A stretch of 64,000 nt of DNA from an uncultured Planctomycetota bacterium. Its GTDB lineage: Bacteria > Planctomycetota > Planctomycetia > Isosphaerales > Isosphaeraceae. Of this stretch, positions 45,217 to 56,300 are shown one piece after another. The position numbers were made by a program, and so were the translations under genes. Below the pieces are notes generated by a model. The model saw only the letters and a list, made by a program, of their open reading frames with translations, had not been told where the DNA came from and ran no database searches. Location: contig CAWGMQ010000011.1 in NCBI GenBank assembly GCA_963823665.1, positions 1,088,001 to 1,152,000 of the forward strand. Reading direction: 5' to 3'. Numbering within the stretch: position 1 is the stretch's first letter; every line of letters starts with the position of its first letter.

Positions 45217-45552
45217 CGGTGCCACTCCATGTTGTGGTGCAAATTCTCAAACCTTGAGCAGGCGCAGTCGCTCAAGCTGATCACTGACCGCGCGGACCAT
45301 TCGTTTCAAACATCGGCGACCAGGCGGCCTGAAGAGCCTCGCTGGCTCTCCACGCCCCGGACACGTTCAGGGTGAGTCGTTTTGCGTGAAAGCGGGTTGC
45401 GCGAGGACCGCTGCCCCACACGTGGCGCACAGCGATCCGGCACGCGCCCGTGCCTGTCTCGGCAGCGCCGCAGTTCACGTGACTCTCAAGTCGTCAACTG
45501 CTGGGCCGTCTACGACCCGAAGAGCCGCATCGTCAACTTCACATCACTGTGG

Positions 45553-45747
45553 TCATACGCTTCTCAGTGCATCGATAACAGCATCGGTGTCGCTCTTCTT
45601 TCCAACGGGGTGTGGTTCTAAATTCCGTGCGTGTAGGTCATGCACTCTTTGCTCGGACAGCTCCGCGAGCGCTCGGTGATCGGCAGCCCGGAGCTGCTCG
45701 ATCAGGTGGACCATTCCACTGCGCGGGTCGCCCATGATCTTGCCCAT
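45553..45747 (-). pseudogene. Possible degenerate N-terminal remnant of a planctomycete-type ECF sigma-70 factor
   Basis: LIEQLRAADHRALAEL...LEPHPVGKKSDTDAV resembles the LLxxxxxGDxxALxEL...LDxRLxxRVDxSDV start of such ECFs, then stops after 64 aa. Confidence 0.3.
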
Positions 45748-46068
45748 AACCTATGACTGGCGCACGGCCGCCAGTTCGAGACAAGAAAAATCGAATCTCC
45801 ACCAAAGATTTTCTGGGCGTCCGTGAAATCGGGCCGAAGTGTTCTGCGTTTCGCAGGTTATGGCGACCAAGGGATCGTCCGAGCACGGAAATCCTGCCGG
45901 TCGACTTCGCACCGCGGCGCCGGGCCATTCACGAGCGCGGGAAACTCTTGCCTCCACCAGCTTGGCGTTTCTCCAGGTGTCGGACAGCGACGATCGATGC
46001 GCGTTCGTTCGCTCGCTGTACCTAACGCGACGAACCGGCGCCAAACCCCTCACGCGTTAAAAAATTTT

Positions 46069-46190
46069 TCAGGAAATCGCGGAATCGCCCCGGACCTTCA
46101 ACTCGGCATCGAACCAGGTGTGGGCGTAAGTCCCGTGGCGCTCAGCCGTTGCCGCGAGGCTTTCATGACCTCGGCGATCTCGGCCCCTGC
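46069..46190 (-). pseudogene. C-terminal (region 4 HTH) remnant of an ECF sigma factor, TIGR02999-like
   Basis: AEIAEVMKAS[1-nt gap, P]ATAERHGTYAHTWFDAEL resembles ExAxxLGISxxTxxRxWxYARAWLxxEL. Confidence 0.5.
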
Positions 46191-46232
46191 GCGGAACCCC
46201 GCGCTGCGGAGTGCTCCATTCCGGGCTCCGCA
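46189..46232 (-). terminator. Tandem hairpins downstream of gene B (copy of 2553-2596)
   Basis: GCGCGG-aacc-CCGCGC and TGCGGAG...CTCCGCA; one loop substitution relative to the gene A copy. Confidence 0.35.
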
Positions 46233-46258
46233 TGCGGCGATCCGCCATCCCGCCAGAT

Positions 46259-49200
46259 CTATCCCAAAAGGGATTTCCGGCCCTTCGACTTGCCGGCCAT
46301 TTGTTCGAGCGCCAGGTCATAGACCAACTGCCCAAACACATCGGTGGCATTCGCAGCCGGCGGCACCGCGACATCGTCCGGACGGAATCCGCCGATCCGA
46401 TTGTTGACAGGGCGATTGAGTGCACTTGAGAGCGCTTCGTCGACCGCAGCCAGGCTGCTCGCCAACGAACTCGAGGGATGCACGCTCGCAGCGGAAACAT
46501 CCGATTGAGCCGCTGCCGCATCATCCGGGGAGCTCGAGCTCGATCCGTTGCCTTGCCCCTGGAACGACGTAGCGGCAAGGGCGCTCATTGTTTCGGAGAC
46601 AGGCGGCGGGTCGGGATCGAAGAATAGTCCGCTCAGCACTGCATTGGGGCCGGCCGTCCGCGTGAACGTGATCAGCACGTTCCCCGATATCGTCCAGGTC
46701 AGATACTCTCCACTCGCGAAATTCGACACACTCTGCGTATTCAGCACGGCACTCGTATTGGCGTCGGAGAGCGTCACAGTCTCCGCGCGGTGCGACGCGT
46801 CGTAGTCAAGGAAATAGAGCTCGAGGTTGTAAGCCTGGCCGGAGGCCACGTTCACATCGACCGTGAAGCTCGTGGCCGAATCCCAGACAGCCGCAACACG
46901 ACTCGTCCCGGACGGCGGTACCTGAAGCGCCTGCCGGGTTGACGGCGACGGCGTCGACCACGTGTATTCCGACTCCCCCGACGGCGTGATCGTGGCATGG
47001 GCCGGATTGACCACGCTGCTGGCGACCAGGGTATACCCATCCAATCCGTAGACGTTGATCCAGTTCCCCTGAGTCGAGGTATCGGAGCCGACAAAACTCG
47101 CCGTGGCCGAACCAGGAGGCGGAGGTGGCGGAGGTGGTGGCGGCGGCGGAGGTGGCAAAGTCGTCGTGGGATCGAAGAACAGCCCGCTCAGCACCGCATT
47201 GGGGCCGGCCGTCCGCGTGAACGTGATCAGCACGTTCCCCGATATCGCCCAGGTCAGATACTCTCCGCTCGCGAAATTCGACACACTCTGCGTATTCAGC
47301 ACGGCACTCGTATTGGCGTCGGAGAGCGTCACAGTCTCCGCGCGGTGCGACGCGTCGTAGTCAAGGAAATAGAGCTCGAGGTTGTAAGCCTGGCCGGAGG
47401 CGACGTTCACATCGACCGTGAAGCTCGTGGCCGAATCCCAGACAGCCGCAACACGACTCGTCCCGGACGGCGGTACCTGAAGCGCCTGCTGGGTTGACGG
47501 CGACGGGGTCGACCACGTGTATTCCGACTCCCCCGACGGCGTGATCGTGGCATGCGCCGGATTGACCACGCTGCTGGCGACCAGGGTATACCCATCCGAT
47601 CCGTAGACGTTGATCCAGTTGCCCTTCGTCGAGGTATCGGAGCCGACAAAACTCGCCGTGGCCGAACCAGGAGGCGGAGGTGGCGGAGGTGGTGGCGGCG
47701 GCGGAGGTGGCAAAGTCGTCGTGGGATCGAAGAACAGCCCGCTCACCACCGCATTGGGGCCGGCCGTCCGCGTGAACGTGATCAGCACGTTCCCCGATAT
47801 CGCCCAGGTCAGATACTCTCCACTGGCGAAATTCGACACACTCTGCGTATTCAGCACCGCACTCGTATTGGCGTCGGAGAGCGTCACAGTCTCCGCACGC
47901 CCCGAGGCGTCGTAGTCAAGCAGATAGAGCTCGAGGTTGTACTCCTGGCCCGTGGCCACGTTCACATCGACCGTGAAGCTCGTGGCCGAATCCCAGACAG
48001 CCGCAACACGACTCGTCCCGGACGGCGGTACCTGAAGCGCCTGCCGGGTTGACGGCGACGGCGTCGACCACGTGTATTCCGACTCCCCCGACGGCGTGAT
48101 CGTGGCATGCGCCGGATTGACCACGCTGCTGGCGACCAGGGTATACCCATCCGATCCGTAGACGTTGATCCAGTTCCCCTGAGTCGAGGTATCGGAGCCG
48201 ACAAAACTCGCCGTGGCCGAGCCAGGTGGCGGAGGTGGCGGAGGTGGCGGCGGCGGCGGAGGTGGCAAAGTCGTCGTGGGATCGAAGAATAGTCCGTTCA
48301 GCACCGCATTGGGGCCGGCCGTCCGCGTGAACGTGATCAGCACGTTCCCCGATATCGCCCAGGTCAGATACTCTCCGCTCGCGAAATTCGACACACTCTG
48401 CGTATTCAGCACCGCACTCGTATTGGCGTCGGACAGCGTCACTGTCTCCGCACGCCCCGAGGTGTCGTAGTCAAGCAGATAGAGCTCGAGGTTGTACTCC
48501 TGGCCCGGGGCCACGTTCACATCGACCGTGAAGCTTGTGGCCGAATACCAGACAGCCGCAACACGACTCGTCCCGGACGGCGGTACCTCGAGCGCCTGCT
48601 GGGTTGACGGCGACGGGGTCGACCACGTGTATTCCTGCTCGCCGGCCGGCGTAATCGTGGCATGGGCCGGATTGACCACGCTGCTGCCGACCAGGGTATA
48701 CCCATCCGATCCGTAGACGTTGATCCAGTTCCCCTTCGTCGAGGTGTCGCTGTTGACGAAGACCGCCGACGCACCGGTCGCCGTGATCACGCCCGTCGAG
48801 ACGGAGACGAAATTGTAGGCGTAGTTGTGTCCCGAGTTTCCGTCGGTGACCGTGCCGCTGGGCGTGAGCGTGAGGCCCGTGCCCGGGCTCGAGGTGTTGT
48901 AGGTCTCGATAAAGTTCGCCGTATCACCAAGGGCGACGCTGCCAACCGTGATCGTCGGAATTGCCGCAGCCGAGGTTGTTCCGTCCTGGACCTTGGTGTT
49001 GGTCACCGCGGTCACTGTAAGCGCCCGAGCCGAGATGGTGCCAGTCGAGACCGCCACGAATATGTACGTGTAGTCGTTGCCGGAGAAGCCGTCGTTCACC
49101 GTTCCGGCGGGGGTGAGCATCAAGCTCGTGCCCACGTTCTTGGTGCTGTAGCTCTCCGTGAAGCTCGGCGTGTCAGTGCCTTGAATGACACCCGAGGTGA

Positions 49201-50335
49201 CCGTCGGCGGCGTCGCGGCAGCCATGGTGCCGTCATAAGTCTTGGAGTTGGCCGCGGCGGTCACCGTGAGCGCCCGAGCGATGATGACTCCGGTCGAGAC
49301 CGGAACGTAGTTGTACGAATAATTGTTGCCCGAGTTGCCGTCGCTCACGAGCCCACCGGGCGTGAGAGTCAACCCGGTACCCACGTTCTTGGTGCTGTAC
49401 GTGTCGGTGAAATTGGCGGTGTCACCGGGCATCACGGTGCCGGCGGTGATCGTCGGCAACACCGCGGCGTCGGTCAATGCGTTATAGACCTTGCTGTTGT
49501 ACACCGCGGTGATCGTGAGCGCCTCTTGCGAGATCGTGAAGTTCTTGGTATCGCTCGCCGTCGCGTAATCAGTGCTCCCGGGGAATGTGGCAACGACCGT
49601 GTAAGTTCCGAAGTTGCGCGGCGCGGAGCTGCCCAGATTCGTTCCGCCGGTCCCGATCCCCACGTAATAATCAAAACTGATGCCGATTCCTTGCAGCGTG
49701 TTGTCGGGAGACCCGTCGCTGGGTGTGATGGTGGCGGATGCCATGAACGGCGACCCGGTATAGGTGTTGCTCGCATCCGTCACATGCACCGTGGGCGCGG
49801 CTGCGGCCGCGTTCACCGTGATCGTGGTGCTCGTGGCGTCGTTCGTGATCACGCTGCCCCACGGGTCGCCGCTGGGCAAAGCCGAAGCCGTCAGCGTGTA
49901 CACCCCGTTGTGGGTGATGCTCAGGTCGGTGAACGTCGCAATGCCGGCCGTGGCATTGATCGGGTACGTGCCCGAAAGCGTCCCGATGCCCGAGCTCACG
50001 TTCAGGACCAGATTGACTTGCGAGCCCGGCACGGTCGTGCTGTCGAAGTTGATGCCGAGATTGCCCGAGGCATCTTCGGCTTTCACCTCCGGCTGCTGGG
50101 CGAACTCCATGCCGAAGCCGGCCGTCGACGACGGCTCGATCGCAAACGCCAGCTTCGTGGGTACCGCGTAGAGCTCGCTCACGGTCGGATCGAAGCCGGG
50201 ACCACCCCCCGAAGTATAGACACCGATCCACGGCGTGAAGCTCACGTTGGACGACACGGCCGTGCCGTTGCCGCCCGGGTTGGCGGACGTGGTCGGGCCA
50301 TGCAAGCTGCCCCACCAGTTGTCGGTGGCGTTCAC
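46259..50335 (-). CDS. Gene B C-terminal fragment: Ig/YDG-like stalk, four ~185-aa repeats with poly-Pro linkers, conserved tail
   Basis: 1358-aa ORF paralogous to gene A 2623..~6960. Confidence 0.85.
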   Translation of the reverse strand: MNATDNWWGSLHGPTTSANPGGNGTAVSSNVSFTPWIGVYTSGGGPGFDPTVSELYAVPTKLAFAIEPSSTAGFGMEFAQQPEVKAEDASGNLGINFDSTTVPGSQVNLVLNVSSGIGTLSGTYPINATAGIATFTDLSITHNGVYTLTASALPSGDPWGSVITNDATSTTITVNAAAAAPTVHVTDASNTYTGSPFMASATITPSDGSPDNTLQGIGISFDYYVGIGTGGTNLGSSAPRNFGTYTVVATFPGSTDYATASDTKNFTISQEALTITAVYNSKVYNALTDAAVLPTITAGTVMPGDTANFTDTYSTKNVGTGLTLTPGGLVSDGNSGNNYSYNYVPVSTGVIIARALTVTAAANSKTYDGTMAAATPPTVTSGVIQGTDTPSFTESYSTKNVGTSLMLTPAGTVNDGFSGNDYTYIFVAVSTGTISARALTVTAVTNTKVQDGTTSAAAIPTITVGSVALGDTANFIETYNTSSPGTGLTLTPSGTVTDGNSGHNYAYNFVSVSTGVITATGASAVFVNSDTSTKGNWINVYGSDGYTLVGSSVVNPAHATITPAGEQEYTWSTPSPSTQQALEVPPSGTSRVAAVWYSATSFTVDVNVAPGQEYNLELYLLDYDTSGRAETVTLSDANTSAVLNTQSVSNFASGEYLTWAISGNVLITFTRTAGPNAVLNGLFFDPTTTLPPPPPPPPPPPPPPGSATASFVGSDTSTQGNWINVYGSDGYTLVASSVVNPAHATITPSGESEYTWSTPSPSTRQALQVPPSGTSRVAAVWDSATSFTVDVNVATGQEYNLELYLLDYDASGRAETVTLSDANTSAVLNTQSVSNFASGEYLTWAISGNVLITFTRTAGPNAVVSGLFFDPTTTLPPPPPPPPPPPPPPGSATASFVGSDTSTKGNWINVYGSDGYTLVASSVVNPAHATITPSGESEYTWSTPSPSTQQALQVPPSGTSRVAAVWDSATSFTVDVNVASGQAYNLELYFLDYDASHRAETVTLSDANTSAVLNTQSVSNFASGEYLTWAISGNVLITFTRTAGPNAVLSGLFFDPTTTLPPPPPPPPPPPPPPGSATASFVGSDTSTQGNWINVYGLDGYTLVASSVVNPAHATITPSGESEYTWSTPSPSTRQALQVPPSGTSRVAAVWDSATSFTVDVNVASGQAYNLELYFLDYDASHRAETVTLSDANTSAVLNTQSVSNFASGEYLTWTISGNVLITFTRTAGPNAVLSGLFFDPDPPPVSETMSALAATSFQGQGNGSSSSSPDDAAAAQSDVSAASVHPSSSLASSLAAVDEALSSALNRPVNNRIGGFRPDDVAVPPAANATDVFGQLVYDLALEQMAGKSKGRKSLLG

Positions 50336-53300
50336 GGCGTCCGCAACGGCGGTTCTCGTTATTGGTCACGCCCGCCGTCGTGTTGCCCGAGAGGTCGTTG
50401 TATTGCGCCGTGACCAGGCTCGTATCCAGGGCGCCCGAGCCGACCATGATGCCGGTGGCGTTGCCGGTGATGGCGTTGTTCGTGATCGTGGCCGAGTCGC
50501 CGTACTCGACCAGGATACCGGTGCCATCGTCGCTGATCGAGTTTCCGCTGATGGTTATGTCCTGGTCCACTCCGCCCGGGAGGTTGTAGTAATTCCCAAA
50601 CAGGCCGATGCCGCCGTTGGTGCCACTGATCGTGTTGCCGGCCCCGGCTGACGTCCCGCCGATCGTGACTCCGTTGTCGCCGCCGGCCAGAGCGAGCCCG
50701 GTATAGGAGCCGCCGGTAATCGTGTTACCGGTGATCGACGAATTGGTCAAAGCCAGGACATACATCCCGCCAGCGTCGGCGCCTCCGACAATCTGGTTGT
50801 TGGAGATGGTGTCGTCGTTATTGACCTCGGGTCCGCCCGTGCCGAAGGTGATTGCGTTGTCGACGAACTTGTTGCTGTCGATCGTCAAGTTCGCCGAGCC
50901 CTGGTCCAAGTAGATGCCGTTGTCTGCGGCAGGGCCGCCCAGCGTGTTGTCTTTAATGAGGTTGTACTGGATCAATGAGGGCAACGCGCCGCTGCTATTG
51001 GCATACAAACCCATGTTATTATTCTGAACGATGTTGTAAACGATCTGGTAACCCGAAATCGTCGACGGCAGATAGATTCCGGCATTCAAGTCGTCGGTGA
51101 CCCCTTGAATGGTGAAGCCGTTGATCGTGACATCATTTGCCTGGACCAAGAAATCGAAGTCGGGACCGTTGACGACCGACTCTGCGCTTCGCGAGCCGGT
51201 GACCGGGTTCACACCCGCATTGGCCCCGTCGAGGATCACAGGCTGACTGATCGTCACGTCACCAGCGTAGTCGATCGCCCCTCCCTGGACGTACACCGTG
51301 TCACCGCTGCCGGCCACGTTGACCCCGCGCTGGATCGCGCCGGCGTTCGCGGCTTCGCTGCTCTGGGCGACGAAGACGGGGTCGCTCTTGAGGCTGACGT
51401 AGCCGAGCGTGGGATCGTCGAGGTAGTCGGTGATCTTGTCTTCGATGTCAAAGTAGGTGGCGAGGTCGGCGGGGATGGTCGGGTCACCGGTGGCGCCGAC
51501 GAAGCCGTCGAAGCTGACCTGGCTGGCGTCGAGCGTACTGGGTGTCACGCCGCCCATCGCCCCGCTCGCCAGGACGATGTATTCGGATAATCCACCATCC
51601 GCGGCCGGACCGCCGGTCAAGTACGCCGGAAGGGTCCCGCTGAAGGCGACGCTGGCCGCCGATCCGCTGGCCTCGATGCCCGTGACCGTCGCTCCGTCGG
51701 TCGCACTGATGGTCGTATCGCCTTCGATCGTTGCGAAGACGCTCGGGTCGGTGCCGCTAAGTGGGTCGTCCTGCACGTACACGCCGATCTGGCTGGCGGT
51801 GATCGAAAGGCCGTCGACTGTCACCTGGGTGGACGCGCCGGCGTCGCTCGGGCCATAGCCGGCATAGTTGTTCACCCACACGCCGTAATCCGCGCCGCTA
51901 ACCGATCCGCCGCTAATGAGCAGCGATCCCGTTGTGGGCGTATTCCAGACGGTGTAACCAGCAACGACGTTCGACGTCGTGTAGGTCGCATCGGTGCCGT
52001 CGATCTGGTTATCGCTGAAGGTCGCGCTAACGCCGCCTTGCTGCGAGCTGATCAAGACTCCGGTCCAGTAGCGGGACAAATCGCTCGGATCGTCGGTGGC
52101 GCTTGCGTTGATTGTGTTTCCGGACACGGAGAAGGGCGATGCTGCGTCGTAGTTCAGATTGTAGAAAATGCCGATTCGGTACGCGGAAATCATGTTGTCC
52201 GAAATCGTCGCCGGCGTCCCTGGGTTCGCATCGGAGTAGTTGCCGGTCTGCACGCCGATACGGACCGTGTCCAGCACGTTAGCGGTCACGCTGGCATAGA
52301 AGTTGTTGTAGAGGATCACGCCCACGCCGTAACCGTATCCGCCTCCGCCCAGGTTCTGGATCAGGTTCTCCGAAATGGTGTTGCCATCAGTGGCATCGCC
52401 GGCGTTGATTCCACTGTAGGCATTCTCAAAATCGACGCCCGCGTAGGCCGTATTCTCGACGATGTTGTTTGCGATCGAGATTGAACCCACATCGACGTAG
52501 GAGGAGATCCCCTCCGATGCATCGATGTAAACGCCGTTGAAGGTTACCGAACCGCCGTCGTAATGGACGAAGCCAGGTGTGACGCTGTTGCTCCCGTCAA
52601 TTGTCATCCCCTGGATCGTCACACCGCTCGAATCGACGCCGATGATGGTGATCGCCGTGGAGTCAAACGGATTCGGGTCGGAAGCGCCCGGCATCACGAC
52701 GGCTTGATCGCCCAGAGCGGGCGTGGGATCGGTGTTCGGATCAAACGTGGGGATCGGCCCGAGCAGGGTCAAGGGCTTGTCGATCTCAATCTCGGATGTA
52801 ACGCCATCCGTCGCGTCGTTGTAAGAGCCCGTCGCGACGTACGTCCCCGCCTCGACATTGACGGTGTCATTGTCCGATGCCGCGTCGATGCCGCGCTGGA
52901 TGCTGGGCGCCGTCGTGCCTCCGGGCGTGAAGTAGCTGTTCGGCGTCACGTAGATGTTGGCGGCCTTCAATCGCACGAGCCCATAGCCCGATACGTCGAT
53001 ACCGTCGACGATCTTGTCCTCGATCGCGTAGAGGTCCGACAGCGTTGCCGCTGAGAGCGTGACTCCGTCGAAGACGTTGGTCCCGCTCGGGTCCAGCTCG
53101 CCGCTGAACTCGTCGACGATGTCGTAGATGTCGCCCGTGAATGTATTGCCGGTGATACTGACCGTCGGACTATTGAGCGAGTAAGGACCGCCCGTGCCGT
53201 CAGTCGAGGTGCGGATGCCTGTGTCCGAATTCTCGAACGTGTTGTTCGAGACTGTGATCGGGCCGTTGGTGAATGACGGATTGAAGAACGCGATGCCTGT

Positions 53301-56300
53301 ACCGTACGAGCCCGCGGCGATGTCGGTCGCCCCCCGGGTGATGTTCTCGAAGATGTTGCTGTCGAGCGTGAGATTGCCGGTGTTGTTCGCCACCAGCACG
53401 CCGATGTCCACACCGTTGAAGGTGTTGTTGTCGACCGTTCCCTGGACGTCGGAGAAGTTCAACTGAAGCGTGCTCTGGTCGTTGGCGTCGGCGATACCCG
53501 TGAACGTGTTGCCCTCGACGTCCATGAAGTTGCTCGTGTCAGCGCCGCCTGCGTAGAAGCCGACGATCTGGATCACCGCGCTATCCGAGGGGTTTGACCC
53601 CGTCGTCGTGATTTGGTTGTCGGTCAACGTCAGCTTTTGCGGGTTGTTGAGAATCATGTTGGTCTGCGCGCTCGCGGCCATCGCGTTCAGGTCGAGCACG
53701 TTGTTCAGAAAGCTGAGCTGGACCCCCTGAGGCTCGCCCCCGATCAACTTCGACCCGTTCGCGGAGCCCGTCCCGTCGAGGGCGAAGCCGTCGATCGTGA
53801 CATCGGAGTCGTTGGCGACCGTGAACGCTGCGATGCTCGAAGAGGTCGGGCCGCTCAGGGTCGACTCGCCCGTGCCGTGCGAATGTCTGTGTCTACCGGA
53901 AACGCCGACCATCGCGCCCTCGAGCGTGAGCTGCGCCTGCGGAATGTTCAGGCCCGCCGTGATGTCGTACGCTTGCGTCCCCCCCTGGACAAACACGGTG
54001 TCGCCGCTCGAGGCCACGTTGATGCCGCGCTGGATGGCGCCGGGGCTCGCGATCTCGCTGCTCTGGGCGACGAACACGTCGCCGGTCTTGAGGCTGACAT
54101 AGCCGAGCGAGCTGTCGTCGAGGTAATCGGTGATCTTGCCTTCGATGCCGTAGTAGGTCGACAGGTCGTCCGGAAGGGTGCCGGTTGCTCCGACGAACCC
54201 GCCGGTGTCGCCGGTGCTGCCGAAAACCACCTCGCTCGCGTCAAGTGTCGAGCCCGCCATCGCTCCGCTCTCGAGGACGATGTATTTCGACAAGCCGGCG
54301 TCAAGATAAACGGGAGCCGTGCCGCTGAAACTCAGGCTGGCGTTCGGGCCGCTGACCTCGATGCCGACGGCCGAGCCCGTGATCACCGTGCTGGAAGTCA
54401 CCTCGGCGGAGATCAGCGAAGGGACGGTCGTGTTGCGCGGATCGTCCTGGACGAAGATGCCCGCGACCGATGCGTCGCTGATGCTGACGGCGCTGACAAC
54501 GATCGCCGTCGAGCCGCCGCTGGACTGGTAACCGTCGTAGTTATCCACCCAGACGCCATAGTCGGTATCAGTGACGCTGCCTCCACTGATCGTGACCGAA
54601 GACGTGGTGGTGTCGTTCCAGATCTGATAGCCAACAGTCGTCTCGGCGTCGCTCGCGCCGGTGGCGCTGATGATGTTGCCGGAGAGAGTTACGCCTGGGA
54701 TTCCCCCTTGAGACGAGATCTCGATGCCGTCCCACTCCGTGCCAAGCACGAGCTCTGCACGCTCTCGTCGGCCTCGTTGATCGTATTGGAGCTGATCGTG
54801 AACGCCGAGGCGTCGGTATACGACAGGTTGTAGAAGATTCCCTGGAATGCCGAAGTGATCGTGTTGCCGGAAATGGAAGGCGAGAAGCTAAGATCCGAGT
54901 TCGCGTTCGAGAAGTTACCCGTTTGAACCCCGACGAGCACGCTGCTGATGACGTTGTCGTTCACCTGGGCGTAGAAGTTGTTATAAAGGATCACGCCGAT
55001 CCCGGCGGCGGAAGGGTTGGCGGGAGTACCGAGGTACCCGTCGTATCCTACGTTTGAGATCTTGTTGTCGCTGATGACGTTGTCTGAAGTCGCGGCAGGG
55101 TTGACAGCATTGTAGAAATCAACTCCTGAATACGAAGTGTTTTCAATGACGTTGTTTTCGACCGTGATGCCGCCGACGCCCTGGTAACTGGCGATGCCCT
55201 CGCCCGCATTCACATCGACGCCGCCCACGTCGATCCCGCTATCCGGGAGCGCTGAATTGTAACCGTTGATCGTGAAGCCCTCGATGGTGACGTCGGAGGA
55301 CATCACGTAGAACACCTGGACGAAGAAGTCAGCGCTTGGGTCGGTGCCGGTCGCCGAGGGAACCACGATCGCCGGCGCATTTGGGGAACCCGTATTCGGG
55401 TTCACACCCGAGTTGGGCCCGAGGATGGACAAAGGAGCGGTGGCGTCGACGAACAACCCACCGGGGCTGCCAACCGAATTGGCTTGATACGTCCCCGCCT
55501 GGACGTTGACGGTGCCCAGACTGTTGGCCTCCGCCGCGTCGATGCCGCGCTGGATGGAGTCGGGAACATTGTTCAGGAAGGAGCCGGGGTAGTTGGTCTC
55601 GTTGAGCTGGGTGATGTAGACGTTGCCGGCTACGATCTGGACCAGGCCGTAGCTTTCGTTGTCCAGAGCGTCGATGATGCCGTTCTGGATGATGTAATCA
55701 TCCGCCAGGCCGCCCGCACTCGGGGTCAAGCCGCCAAACGTGTTGTTGGTGGCGTTGACATATTGCGAGGATTGATTGTCGATGTAAGTGGTCGTGGCGG
55801 CGAACGCGTTGGCTGTCGTCGCGCCGACAGTCACTGTGCCGGCGGTGCTGTCGATCGCCAGATCGGTGGTGTTGTCGGTGGTACCGCTGAAAGTCACGCC
55901 ATCGACGCTGCCCGAGCCGCCGGTCTCGAATTCGACACCGGTGGTGTTGCCGTAGATGTTGTTGGCGCTGCCGACGCGTCGATCGTCGCGCTGCCGCCGT
56001 TCTCCACCAGGATGCCAGTGGTGAAGCCCTCGATCGTGTCGCCGGTGATCGTGGCCGTGCCGCCGTCGACGTCCATGCCGATCCCCGCCGGGTCGCTCTC
56101 AATGGTGAATCCGGAGATCGCGACCGTCACTCCGGGCTCGACCGTGATGCCGGTGGCGCCGCCGGTGACCTGGATGATGGACGGACCACCGCCTGCGCCC
56201 TCGAGCGTCAAATCCTTGTCAATCGTGATCGGGCCGACGTAGGTCCCCGGCGCGACGTCCAGCGTGCTGCCGGGAGCAGCGTTGTTGATCTCGGTCTGGA

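Noticed and set aside
2623..45216. CdiA/two-partner secretion, autotransporter or RTX toxin
   Set aside because: No visible TPS domain, VENN/toxin tip, immunity gene, C-terminal barrel, GGxGxD nonapeptide array or transporter gene.
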